Shown here: positions 1 through 8,564 of the stretch, piece by piece | How positions within the stretch are numbered: position 1 is the stretch's first letter | Layout: every line of letters starts with the position of its first letter | NCBI RefSeq assembly: GCF_000717245.1 | Contig: NZ_JNYQ01000004.1 | Span: 1,144,151-1,168,150 of the forward strand | Reading direction: 5' to 3' | Length of the DNA: 24,000 nt | From: [Kitasatospora] papulosa | Lineage (GTDB): Bacteria; Actinomycetota; Actinomycetes; Streptomycetales; Streptomycetaceae | The notes under the pieces: model-generated | What the model saw: only the letters and a program-made list of their open reading frames with translations | Told to the model about the DNA's origin: nothing | Databases searched by the model: none | Program-made: the position numbers and the translations under genes

Positions 1-1352
1 TGGGCGGCCAGGAGAAACTGATCGTCCGTGACGTGATCAAGGACGCGCACGGCACGGTCCACACCCGCTACGAGCGCACCTACGCCGGCCTCCCGGTCCT
101 CGGCGGCGACCTGGTCACCCACACCGCGGCGGACGGAAGGTCCAAGGGTGTCGACAAGGCCACCGACGCCCGCATATCCGTGCCGTCGACGCAGCCGAAG
201 CTGAAGGCCGCGGCGAGCGCCCGCAAGGTCGTCTGGGCGGGCGACGGCAAGCCGGCCCTCGCCTTCGAGACCGTGCGCGAGGGAGTGCAGAAGGACGGCA
301 CACCGAGTCGGCTGCACCTCATCACCGACGCCACGACCGGCAAGAAGCTCCACAGCTTCGAGGCCATCGAGACCGGCACCGGCAACAGCCAGTACAGCGG
401 CCAGGTGACGCTGTCGACCACCAAGGGCGGCTCGGGCTTCGAGCTGACCGACGGCGACCGGGGCGGCCACAAGACGTACGACCTCGGCCAGGGCCAGACC
501 GGCACCGGCGACCTCGTCACGGACGCCGACGACACCTGGGGCGACGGGACCGGTGGCGACCGCCAGACCGCGGCGGTCGACGCCCACTACGGCGCCGCCA
601 CGACCTGGGACTTCTACAAGAACGAGCTGGGCCGCGACGGCATAGCCGGGGACGGCAAGGCCGCGTACTCCCGCGTCCACTTCGGGACCGGCTACGTCAA
701 CGCCTTCTGGGACGACAGCTGCTTCTGCATGACCTACGGCGACGGGGCCGACGACAAGAGCGCCCTCACCGCGATCGACGTCGCCGGCCACGAGATGAGC
801 CACGGCCTCACCGCCGCCACCGCCAACCTCGACTACTCCGGCGAGTCCGGCGGTCTCAACGAGGCGACCAGCGACATCTTCGGCACCTCCGTCGAGTTCT
901 TCGCCGACAACACCACCGACCCCGGTGACTACCTCATCGGCGAGAAGATCGACATCAACGGCGACGGGACCCCCCTGCGCTACATGGACAAGCCCAGCAA
1001 GGACGGCGGCTCGGCGGACTACTGGGACGCCGGCGTCGGCGACCTCGACGTGCACTACTCCTCCGGCGTCGCCAACCACTTCTTCTACCTGCTGGCGGAG
1101 GGCAGCGGCGCCAAGACCATCGGCGGCGTCGACTACGACTCCCCGACCTCCGACGGCTCCACGGTCACCGGCATAGGCCGTCAGAAGGCCTACCAGATCT
1201 GGTACAAGGCGCTCTCCGTCTACATGACGTCGAGCACCGACTACGCCGGCGCCCGTGACGCGACCGAGAAGGCCGCCACGGACCTGTTCGGTGCCGACAG
1301 CGCCGAACTCGCCGCCGTCGGCGCCGCCTGGAACGGCGTCAACGTCAAGTAG
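1..1352 (+). CDS. Secreted thermolysin-like (peptidase M4) zinc metalloprotease; the N-terminus lies upstream of the window
   Basis: The frame is open from the window edge (codon phase starts at nt 3) to TAG 1350-1352. HEMSH (HExxH) lies at 789-803. GGLNEATSD, with the third zinc-ligand Glu, follows about 20 aa later. The upstream part (VIKDAHGTVHTRYERTYAGLPVLGGDLV) resembles the FTP/PepSY propeptide region. GC3 is high. Confidence 0.9.
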   Translation, partial: GGQEKLIVRDVIKDAHGTVHTRYERTYAGLPVLGGDLVTHTAADGRSKGVDKATDARISVPSTQPKLKAAASARKVVWAGDGKPALAFETVREGVQKDGTPSRLHLITDATTGKKLHSFEAIETGTGNSQYSGQVTLSTTKGGSGFELTDGDRGGHKTYDLGQGQTGTGDLVTDADDTWGDGTGGDRQTAAVDAHYGAATTWDFYKNELGRDGIAGDGKAAYSRVHFGTGYVNAFWDDSCFCMTYGDGADDKSALTAIDVAGHEMSHGLTAATANLDYSGESGGLNEATSDIFGTSVEFFADNTTDPGDYLIGEKIDINGDGTPLRYMDKPSKDGGSADYWDAGVGDLDVHYSSGVANHFFYLLAEGSGAKTIGGVDYDSPTSDGSTVTGIGRQKAYQIWYKALSVYMTSSTDYAGARDATEKAATDLFGADSAELAAVGAAWNGVNVK

Positions 1353-1388
1353 CGCGTCAGAGGTCCGCGTCGAACGACGCAGGACACA

Positions 1389-1425
1389 GCGGGAGCCGGC
1401 CGGCCTCGGGCAGGCCGGCTCCCGC
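1389..1425. terminator. GC-rich hairpin between the convergent protease and hbpS-like genes
   Basis: Perfect 13-bp stem, gcgggagccggcc (1389-1401) with ggccggctcccgc (1413-1425), and an 11-nt loop. It sits in the 145-nt gap between two convergent stop codons. There is no U-tract, which is common in high-GC actinomycetes. Confidence 0.45.
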
Positions 1426-1497
1426 CGTCGCAGGCGCCGGAACACGGGACGCCGGGCGTCTCCGGCCTGCGGCCCGATCCCGGGGCCGGGCCGCTCA

Positions 1498-2055
1498 CTA
1501 CCGGCCGAGAGCAGCCACGCCCGCCGCGGCGAACTTCTCGTCGAGATCGCCGCTCGGCGCGCCCGCGACGCCGATGCCCGCCACCGGGGCGCCCTTGACC
1601 TGCACGGGCGAGCCGCCCGCCAGGAACAGGGTGCCGGGGATGTCCTTCAGGTTCGGTGCCTGCTCCAGGCGCTTGACCAGCTCGGAGGTCGGCGCGTTCC
1701 AGGAGACGGCGGTGTACGCCTTCTTCACTGCGGACTCGGGGGACTGCGGGCCCGCACCGTCGCCGCGCAGCGTCACGACGGTGTTGCCGTCGCGGTCGAC
1801 GACGGCCACCGAGACGCGCTGGTTCTCCTTCTTCGCGGCGTCCAGAGCGGCCTGCGCGGCCTTGGTCGCGGCGGCGACGGTCAGGTGTGTGGACTGCTGG
1901 AGGTTACGGTCCGCGGTGTCGGCCTTCACGGCGGCGGCGGGCGCGGCGGCCGGGGTGGACGCGTTCGCGGACATCGCGCCGAAGGTTCCGGCACCCAGCG
2001 CCGCGGCGACGACGGCACCGGTCAGGACACGGGTGTGCAGGGACAGCTTCTTCAT
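1498..2055 (-). CDS. hbpS: Secreted GlcG/HbpS-family (DUF336) haem-binding protein
   Basis: ATG at 2053-2055 (MKKLSL...) is preceded by GAGGAG. A Sec-type signal peptide ends in ANA. The mature part (VSVAVVDRDGNTVVTLRGDGAGPQSPESAVKKAYTAVSW ... GIGVAGAPSGDLDE) matches my recollection of HbpS/GlcG proteins. The gene is divergent from a NarL-type two-component pair, as at the S. reticuli hbpS-senS-senR locus. The ORF-track extension to 2241 runs through the repeat-filled intergenic DNA and is not believed. Confidence 0.8.
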   Translation of the reverse strand: MKKLSLHTRVLTGAVVAAALGAGTFGAMSANASTPAAAPAAAVKADTADRNLQQSTHLTVAAATKAAQAALDAAKKENQRVSVAVVDRDGNTVVTLRGDGAGPQSPESAVKKAYTAVSWNAPTSELVKRLEQAPNLKDIPGTLFLAGGSPVQVKGAPVAGIGVAGAPSGDLDEKFAAAGVAALGR

Positions 2056-2123
2056 GGTGGGCTCCTCGGGTGAACGGCGGCTCGGGCTGCGAACCGTCCT
2101 GCTTCGGGTCCGGCTTCTTCCGG

Positions 2124-2187
2124 CTTCCGGTAGCGGCTTGCGGTTTCGGCCTCCGGTAGCGGCTGCCGGTTTCGGCTTCCGGTATCG
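2124..2187. promoter_or_regulatory. About 2.5 tandem copies of a 26-bp unit (13-bp sub-period, core CCGGT-W-N-CGG) in the hbpS/senS divergent promoter region; candidate response-regulator operator array
   Basis: Unit 1 is 2124-2149 (cttccggtagcggcttgcggtttcgg). Unit 2 is 2150-2175 (cctccggtagcggctgccggtttcgg), identical at 23 of 26 positions. A partial unit 3 starts at 2176 (cttccggtatcg). Half-sites ccggtagcgg, gcggtttcgg, ccggtagcgg, ccggtttcgg and ccggtatcga begin at 2127, 2140, 2153, 2166 and 2179. The repeat itself is certain; its function is inferred. Confidence 0.45.
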
Positions 2188-2309
2188 ATCCTCCGGCCGG
2201 AACCAGGCCCGGACCGTCGGCGTACCGGCTCGAAGCCCCACCCGTGTCGGACGACGGCCCCGTCAGCCGATCGGTTGATGCGGAGGTGGCCCGCAGAGGT
2301 GACCATGGG

Positions 2310-3737
2310 ATGTCCACGCAGGTCAGCCGCTGCGCGGTGACGCGAGAACGCAGGACGGGACAGGGCCGAGGGAGCGCGGGGTACGACGTGCGGCAGAACG
2401 GAACCGGGCCGGACCCGGAGCGAACGGCGCCGTCCGACGCGGACGCGGCACACCGTGCGGGTGCGGCCGGCGATCCGGACGCGCGGTGGCTGGCCCTCCT
2501 CATGCACGCCGCGTTCTTCCTGCTGCTCGGCGCCTCCCTCGCGCGCTTCCTCATGCGCCACCCCGGCGAGACCCGTACCCCCTGGATCATCGGGCTGTCG
2601 GCCGTGCTCGCCGCGCTGTACCTCCTCGGCCCGGTACTCGGCTCGCGCCCCACACCCCGCCGGCTGACCTGGCTCGGCGCCCTTGTCGTGGTGTGGATGG
2701 TCCTGGTCGTCCTCGCGCCGAGCTTCGCGTGGTGCGCCGTCCCGCTCTTCTACACGGGCCTGCGGATCCTGCCGCCGCGCGCCGCCCTGGCGCTCGTCGC
2801 CCTGCTCACCCTGTTCGTCGTCGCAGCGCAGCTACGGCTCGCCACCGGCTTCGACCCGAACCTCGTCCTGGCACCGCCCGCCGTCGCGGCCGTCGCCACC
2901 GCCGTCTTCGTCCACATGCAGCGCCAGGCCGTACGCCAACGGGACCTGGCCGTACGCCAGCGCGAGCTGATCGACGACCTGCTCCGCACCCGGCGGGAAC
3001 TGGCCGCCACCGAACGCCGGGAAGGGACCCTCGCCGAACGCCAGCGGCTGTCCATGGAGATCCACGACACCCTGGCCCAGGGGCTGTCCAGCCAGCAGAT
3101 GCTGCTCCAGGCGGCCGACCGCTCCTGGGACACCGACCCGGCCACCGCCCGCCGCCACGTCCTCACGGCGACCGGCATCGCGGAGCGCAACCTCGCCGAG
3201 GCCCGCCGCTTCGTGCACGACCTCGCGCCGGCCGACCTGGCCGAGGGAGGCGGGCTGGAGGCGGCACTGCACGCCCTCGCCGACCGGGAGACCGCACAGG
3301 CGCGCGGAGGCCTCACCGTCCGCTGCCATGTGGAGGGCGCACCGGCCACCACGCTTCCCGACCGGGTGCAGTCCGCACTCCTGCGCATCGCACAGGGTGC
3401 ACTCGCCAACGTCACCGAGCACGCCGAGGCCACCGTCGCCGCGCTGACCCTGACCCACCTCGACGACCGTGTCGTCCTCGACGTCGCCGACAACGGCCGC
3501 GGCTTCAGCCCCGAGCGGCAGACACCTCGCCAGGCCGGCGGCGTACGCGGTCACGGGCTGCCCGCGATGCGGGCCCGGGTCCAGCAGCTCGGCGGCACCC
3601 TGACCGTCGAATCCGCACCCGGCGAAGGGACCGTCCTGTCCGCCGCCGTGCCCCTGGCCACGCACCCGGACGCCCCGGTCACACCATCTGCACCGGGCGC
3701 CCCGCCCACCCCACCCGCCCCGGAGGAACACGCATGA
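2310..3737 (+). CDS. senS: Membrane sensor histidine kinase, HisKA_3/NarL-partner type (SenS-like)
   Basis: H-box [11 protein letters not shown] (His codon 3063-3065). HATPase_c boxes are present ([32 protein letters not shown]). About five N-terminal hydrophobic helices. The stop TGA 3735-3737 overlaps the next ATG (ATGA). The start is uncertain: ATG 2310 (AGAGGTGA 8-9 nt upstream) is preferred, and GTG 2244, GTG 2388 and ATG 2502 are alternatives. Confidence 0.85.
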   Translation: MSTQVSRCAVTRERRTGQGRGSAGYDVRQNGTGPDPERTAPSDADAAHRAGAAGDPDARWLALLMHAAFFLLLGASLARFLMRHPGETRTPWIIGLSAVLAALYLLGPVLGSRPTPRRLTWLGALVVVWMVLVVLAPSFAWCAVPLFYTGLRILPPRAALALVALLTLFVVAAQLRLATGFDPNLVLAPPAVAAVATAVFVHMQRQAVRQRDLAVRQRELIDDLLRTRRELAATERREGTLAERQRLSMEIHDTLAQGLSSQQMLLQAADRSWDTDPATARRHVLTATGIAERNLAEARRFVHDLAPADLAEGGGLEAALHALADRETAQARGGLTVRCHVEGAPATTLPDRVQSALLRIAQGALANVTEHAEATVAALTLTHLDDRVVLDVADNGRGFSPERQTPRQAGGVRGHGLPAMRARVQQLGGTLTVESAPGEGTVLSAAVPLATHPDAPVTPSAPGAPPTPPAPEEHA

Positions 3738-4366
3738 CCCCGTCCGTACGGATCCTGCTCTGCGACGACCACGCCGTCGTACGGGCCGGACTGCTCGCCC
3801 TGCTCGGCGGCGAACCCGACATCGACGTCGTGGGCGAGGCGGGCAGCGGGGAGGAGGCCGTCGCCCTCGCCGCACAGCTCACGCCCGACGTCGTCCTGAT
3901 GGACCTCCAGCTGGGCTCGGGCATCGACGGTGTCGAGGCGACCCGCCGCATCGCCACCGCCGGGGCCGGCGCGGTCAACGTGCTCGTCCTCACGACGTAC
4001 GACACCGACGCGGACATCACCCGGGCCATCGAGGCGGGAGCCACCGGCTACCTGCTGAAGGCCGAACGCCCGGAAGAACTCTTCGCCGCGATCCGGGCCG
4101 CCGCACAGGGCCGCACGACACTCTCCCCGCCGGTCGCCAGCCGGGTCATGGCCCGGATGCGCAGCCCCCGGCCCACCCTGACCGAACGCGAACTCGACAT
4201 CCTGGGCCAGCTGTCACAGGGCCTCGGCAACCGTGACATCGCACGAGCCCTCTTCATCAGCGAGGCCACCGTCAAGACCCACCTGGGGCGGATCTACGAG
4301 AAGCTCGACGTGGACACCAGGGCGGGAGCGGTATCCGTCGCCAAGGAGCAACGCCTGCTCCCGTAG
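3734..4366 (+). CDS. senR: NarL/LuxR-family response regulator (SenR-like)
   Basis: REC domain ([14 protein letters not shown] ... VVLMDLQL ... LTTYD ... GYLLK) plus a C-terminal LuxR HTH ([43 protein letters not shown]). Translationally coupled to the kinase through the ATGA overlap at 3734-3737. Confidence 0.92.
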   Translation: MTPSVRILLCDDHAVVRAGLLALLGGEPDIDVVGEAGSGEEAVALAAQLTPDVVLMDLQLGSGIDGVEATRRIATAGAGAVNVLVLTTYDTDADITRAIEAGATGYLLKAERPEELFAAIRAAAQGRTTLSPPVASRVMARMRSPRPTLTERELDILGQLSQGLGNRDIARALFISEATVKTHLGRIYEKLDVDTRAGAVSVAKEQRLLP

Positions 4367-4477
4367 CCCACGCTCCCCGGGCGCCGGGCACCACCCGCGT
4401 TCACCCGGACGGCCCAGTCACCTCCCCCCGCCCGCCGCTCGGCGCGGGGCGCCCGCCGGACATGACACCATCGAACC

Positions 4478-4975
4478 GTGCTCGACATCGGCTACTCCCT
4501 CTCCCGGCGCTTCCCGGACCCCCCGCAGACCGACTACCGCCGCGCGGACGTCCACGCCCTGCGGCACGACCTGTTCTCCGGGGACGTCTACCTCGCCGAC
4601 ACCAAGGAAGACCGAGAGGTGTCCACAGCCTGGGGATGGGTCCCCGTACTCGACTTCGCCTGGGCACTCTGCGACATCGTCGAGCAGATCGACCGCGACC
4701 CCCGGGGCAACCGCTCGCACCGCCGGCAGTACGCCGAACTCGACTTCACCGAGTCGTCCGACCGCATGCTCTTCGAACGCCGCTTCGGCTGGGTGGACGT
4801 CGAAGCCGACTGGATGCCCGGCGAGGAGCCCCCGCTCACCTTCAACCACTCCCTGCTGCGCCGTGAGGCCCGCGACTTCCTGCACGACCTGATCGCCGAC
4901 CTGGCCGACATGCACGAAGGCCTCGCCGACAACCCCGTCATCTGGGACCTCCAGGCCCGCTTCCCCCGCCTCTGA
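4478..4975 (+). CDS. Hypothetical protein (165 aa), no motif recognised
   Basis: GTG start at 4478. The frame is uninterrupted with high GC3, and the composition is acidic and Trp-rich. I recognise no catalytic or transmembrane signature. Confidence 0.6.
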   Translation: MLDIGYSLSRRFPDPPQTDYRRADVHALRHDLFSGDVYLADTKEDREVSTAWGWVPVLDFAWALCDIVEQIDRDPRGNRSHRRQYAELDFTESSDRMLFERRFGWVDVEADWMPGEEPPLTFNHSLLRREARDFLHDLIADLADMHEGLADNPVIWDLQARFPRL

Positions 4976-5027
4976 CACCACCCGAGCACGGGGACGCGGG
5001 GACGGGCCCGGGCCTGCGGGTGTACGC

Positions 5028-5726
5028 CTACGCCTCCACCCGCACCCCGATCTGCGCGGCGAACGCCGGAGCCAGCTCCATCAGCTGGGACGGGCTGATC
5101 ACCGCCCCCGCCAGCCGCTCCACACCCCGCGCGATGTCGAGCTCGGCAACCGTCCTCAGATCGACCGACTCCATCCGCACGGCACTGAAGTCGGCACGCT
5201 TCAGCACGCAGTCCCGGAACTCCACCCGCACCAGCTGCGCCTCCCCGAAATCCGGCTCCGAGAGCACACACCCCTCGAAGACGACGTCCTTCAGCCGCGC
5301 CTTGCGCAGATTCAGGTAATCGATCTTCCCGCCCCGCACCAGCACCCGCTCCAGCACCGCACCGTGCAGCTGCACCCCGCCCAGCCGCGCGTCCAGGACC
5401 TCGACGTCCCTCAGCGACGCCCCCGCGAGATCGGTGCCGACACCACGCACACCCGTCAGCACCGAGTCGATGAACCTGGCCCGCACCAGCTCCGCACGGT
5501 CCAGGGCGCACCCGCGCAGCTCACAGTCCATGAACCGCGCCCCGGGCCCCGACGCCTCGGCCAGGTCCGTCCCCTCGAACCGCACCCCGTCGTAATCCCC
5601 GTCGGGCTCCAGCCCCTCACCGTCGTACTCCACCAGCGGCGGCAGCCGGACCTCCGGCCGCCTCGCCGGAGCCACCCCGTCCTTCGCCCCCGCGCCCCTG
5701 CCGCTCCTGTTGCCTGTACGTGCCAT
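5028..5726 (-). CDS. Pentapeptide-repeat protein
   Basis: Long run of A(D/N)LxX-type pentapeptides (GTDLAEASGPGARFMDCELRGCALDRAELVRARFIDSVLTGVRGVGTDLAGASLRDVEVLDARLGGVQLHGAVLERV...). The N-terminal tail is Gly/Arg-rich. ATG 5724-5726 (MARTG) is preferred, ATG 5735 is possible, and the ORF-track start at 5756 is less likely. Confidence 0.8.
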   Translation of the reverse strand: MARTGNRSGRGAGAKDGVAPARRPEVRLPPLVEYDGEGLEPDGDYDGVRFEGTDLAEASGPGARFMDCELRGCALDRAELVRARFIDSVLTGVRGVGTDLAGASLRDVEVLDARLGGVQLHGAVLERVLVRGGKIDYLNLRKARLKDVVFEGCVLSEPDFGEAQLVRVEFRDCVLKRADFSAVRMESVDLRTVAELDIARGVERLAGAVISPSQLMELAPAFAAQIGVRVEA

Positions 5727-5834
5727 GCCCCCCATCGTGACGCACACCACTGACACCGCCCCGGCCCGGTGTCACGAAACCGGCCGGCCCGACCGTCCTC
5801 ACGTCAGAAGCGCCCACCGCGAGGAGACCCAGCC

Positions 5835-7022
5835 ATGCAGCGCATCCACATCGTCGGCGGCGGCCTCGCCGGACTGACCGCCGCCATCACCGCCGCCGAA
5901 TCCCGGGCACAGGTCACCCTCCACGAGGCCCACCACACGCTCGGCGGACGCGCCAGGACCTCGGACGGCCCCTACCTCACCAACGAAGGACCGCACGCCC
6001 TCTACCGCCGCGGCCCCCACTGGGCCTGGCTCGAACGGCGCGGGCTCCTCGGCCCCTTCGCCTCCGTACCGCCCATCGAAGGCGCCCGCTTCCTCTTCCA
6101 CCGCGACGGCGCACTGCGCAGGACCCCGCCCCTCGCCCTGCTGCGCCTCACCCGCCGCAGCCCCCACCGCGCGCCCGTCGACACCGACTTCCACAGCTGG
6201 GCCACCACCCAGGTGGGCGAGGAGGGCGCCCGCGCGGCGGCCCACTACATGGGCGTCGCCCTCTTCCACCACGACCCCGGTTCGCTCTCCGCCGCCTTCG
6301 TCCAGGAACGGCTGCGCCGTGCCACCGCCCTGCCCCCGGAGGCCCGCTACCCGGTCGGCGGCTGGGCGCGGCTCGTCGACCGGATGGCGGCCCGGGCCTG
6401 GGACCTCGGCGTACGCATCCGGACCGACGCACGCGTCGGCCCCCAGGAGCTGGCGGAACTCCGGCGCGGCGGCCCCGTGATCGTCGCCACCCATCTGGAG
6501 TCCGCCCGCACCCTCCTGGAGGACCCCACCCTGACCTGGGACAGCGGCCGGACCGCCCTGCTCGACCTGGCCCTGCGGACCCGGCGCGGCGACCCGTTCA
6601 TCGTCTCCGACCTCGACGCCCCCGGCTGGATCGAACGGTTCACCGCCCAGGACCCCACACTCGCCCCGCCCGGCGAACAGCTCCTCCAGGCCCAGATCCC
6701 CCTCGCCCCCGGCACCCCGCGCGCCGACGCCCTGCGCCGCGCCGAGGACCTCCTCGACCTCGGCTTCCCCGGCTGGCGCGACCGCACCACCTGGCGCCGG
6801 GAAGCACTCGCGTCCGGCCGCACCGGAGCGGTCGACGGACCGGGCACGACGTGGCGGGACCGGCCCGCCGTCGACCGCGGCGACGGAATCCTGCTCGCGG
6901 GCGACCAGGTCGCCGCCCCGGGACTCCTCAGCGAGGTCGCGTTCAACAGCGGGATGGAGGCGGCGCTCCTGGCCCTCGACCACCTGGGCGGAGCGCAGCG
7001 CGCCGGGTCCCGCACCGCCTGA
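5835..7022 (+). CDS. NAD(P)/FAD-dependent oxidoreductase (amine-oxidase / phytoene-desaturase-like fold)
   Basis: ATG 5835 is preceded by GAGGAG (5821-5826). The N-terminal dinucleotide-binding motif is IHIVGGGLAGLTAAITAAE ... LHEA..TLGGRA. The substrate cannot be inferred. Confidence 0.8.
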   Translation: MQRIHIVGGGLAGLTAAITAAESRAQVTLHEAHHTLGGRARTSDGPYLTNEGPHALYRRGPHWAWLERRGLLGPFASVPPIEGARFLFHRDGALRRTPPLALLRLTRRSPHRAPVDTDFHSWATTQVGEEGARAAAHYMGVALFHHDPGSLSAAFVQERLRRATALPPEARYPVGGWARLVDRMAARAWDLGVRIRTDARVGPQELAELRRGGPVIVATHLESARTLLEDPTLTWDSGRTALLDLALRTRRGDPFIVSDLDAPGWIERFTAQDPTLAPPGEQLLQAQIPLAPGTPRADALRRAEDLLDLGFPGWRDRTTWRREALASGRTGAVDGPGTTWRDRPAVDRGDGILLAGDQVAAPGLLSEVAFNSGMEAALLALDHLGGAQRAGSRTA

Positions 7023-7085
7023 GCCCTCCGCCCCCGGGCACCCTGGAAGCGGCTCGCGCCACCCCCGGCTCAGGCGGCCCCGCGC

Positions 7086-7562
7086 TCAGGCCGCCCCGAG
7101 CTCCGCGAGCGCCCCGTCCGTCAGCCGGTACACCGTCCACTCGTCCTGCGGACGCGCGCCCAGCGCCTCGTAGAACGCGATGGACGGGGCGTTCCAGTCC
7201 AGCACCGACCACTCCAGACGCCCGTAACCACGCTCCACGCAGATCCGCGCAAGCTCCGTCAGCAGCGCCTTCCCGTAACCGCCACCACGCCTCTCCGGGC
7301 GTACGTAGAGGTCCTCCAGATACACGCCGTGGACCCCGCGCCACGTCGAGAAGTTGAGGAACCAGAGCGCGAAGCCGACCACGTCGCCGTCGTCGTCCGA
7401 CACCGCGACATGGGCGTACGCGGCGGGCCGCTCGCCGAACAGCGCCTCGCGCAACTGCTCCTCGGTGGCGTTCGCCTCGTCGAGCGCCTTCTCGTAGTCC
7501 GCGAGCTCACGGACCATGGCGTGGATGGCGGGGACGTCTTCGGAAGTGGCTGCACGAATCAT
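7086..7562 (-). CDS. GNAT-family N-acetyltransferase
   Basis: 158 aa. Acetyl-CoA motif A is present (LYVRPERRGGGYGKALL). Overall it resembles diamine/spermidine-type GNATs (EWSVLDWNAPSIAFYEALGA). It lies 27 nt downstream of the APH-like gene on the same strand. Confidence 0.88.
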   Translation of the reverse strand: MIRAATSEDVPAIHAMVRELADYEKALDEANATEEQLREALFGERPAAYAHVAVSDDDGDVVGFALWFLNFSTWRGVHGVYLEDLYVRPERRGGGYGKALLTELARICVERGYGRLEWSVLDWNAPSIAFYEALGARPQDEWTVYRLTDGALAELGAA

Positions 7563-7589
7563 GGGGGCAGCCTAAGGGCCGTTCCGTGC

Positions 7590-8501
7590 CTACCGGTCCC
7601 GCCCCAGCAACCGCCGGGCGATCTCCGCGTGGTCCGCCGGAAGCCGGGTCCCCCCGCCCCGGATCCACAGCCCGTTCTGCAGCACCCTCCCCAGCGTCCA
7701 CGCCCGCGCACGCTCCCGGTCCAGCCCCAGCGCCCCCGACAGCAGGTCGAACCTCCACCGCACCTCGGACGCCTCGAACCTGTTGTCCAGCGCCGGAAAC
7801 AGCTCGAACCCCGGATCCCCGCCCAGCGGCTTGGGATCGAGCACGACCCACTCCCCCGCCCGGCCGTCCTCCGCACGTCCGGCCAGGATGTTGTCGTAGT
7901 GGAGGTCCCAGTGCAGCAGCCGGTCACCCGGCTCCCCGGCCACCTCCCGCACCGCGGCCGCGCAGTCCATGAGCAACCGCCGCTCGCCCTCGTCGGCCAG
8001 TCTCGCGGCCGCACCGGGCGCCTCCTCCAGCATCCGGACGGCCTCGTCCCCGAGCGTCCGCATCCCCGCCGGAGCCGGCACCCGGACCAGCCGGGCCAGT
8101 GACTCCGCGAGCACCCGCACCGCCGCCCGCGCATCCGCGACCCCGGTCAACGGACGCCGCTCGTCCAGCCGTTCCAGCAGCATCACCCCGGTCGCCGGAT
8201 CATGGTCCAGCAGACCCACCACCCCCGCACCGGCCTCGCCCCAGACCCGCAGCGCGACCGGCTCCCCCACCGTCTCCTCGTCCACCAACTGCAGCTTCAA
8301 CGCCGCCCGTCGGCCGTCCGCCGCCCGCAGCACGGGAAGCACCAGCGCACACATCCCGCTCATCGCGGCCCCGTCGGGCCGCAGCCCCCACTCCTCCAGG
8401 TACCTCCCCGCGAGAGCGGGCAGCGCGTCGGCGAACTCCCGCCCCACCGCACCGCTGTGCGTCCTCAGATTCACGACCAGGTCACCCGGAACGTCGATCA
8501 C
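7590..8501 (-). CDS. Aminoglycoside phosphotransferase, APH(6)/streptomycin-6-kinase-like family
   Basis: GTG start at 8499-8501. Kinase catalytic-loop motif LLHWDLHYDNIL and downstream VLDPKPLGGDPGFEL, typical of the APH(6)/hydroxyurea-kinase family. 303 aa. Confidence 0.8.
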   Translation of the reverse strand: MIDVPGDLVVNLRTHSGAVGREFADALPALAGRYLEEWGLRPDGAAMSGMCALVLPVLRAADGRRAALKLQLVDEETVGEPVALRVWGEAGAGVVGLLDHDPATGVMLLERLDERRPLTGVADARAAVRVLAESLARLVRVPAPAGMRTLGDEAVRMLEEAPGAAARLADEGERRLLMDCAAAVREVAGEPGDRLLHWDLHYDNILAGRAEDGRAGEWVVLDPKPLGGDPGFELFPALDNRFEASEVRWRFDLLSGALGLDRERARAWTLGRVLQNGLWIRGGGTRLPADHAEIARRLLGRDR

Positions 8502-8564
8502 AGCGCGAGCCTAGAGGTAACGTCCCTCCAGCGACTGGGCTGCACACGGACAAGCAGGGGACAC

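Noticed and set aside
2124-2187. Whether the 26-bp tandem repeats could be a mini CRISPR array
   Set aside because: The units are directly adjacent with no spacers. There are only 2.5 copies and no cas genes. The location in a divergent promoter fits operator sites instead.
2056-2241. An N-terminal extension of the hbpS-like ORF to 2241, and other ORFs crossing 2100-2200
   Set aside because: The extension would be translated from the tandem-repeat intergenic DNA (RKPKPAAATGGRNRKPLPEAGRSR). The internal ATG at 2055 has a GAGGAG RBS and starts a proper signal peptide.
2486-4366. A 626-aa plus-strand ORF spanning the kinase and regulator
   Set aside because: Only the last 210 codons (from ATG 3734) give a real protein, the response regulator. 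The upstream 416 codons are an Arg/Pro-rich alternative frame of the kinase gene.
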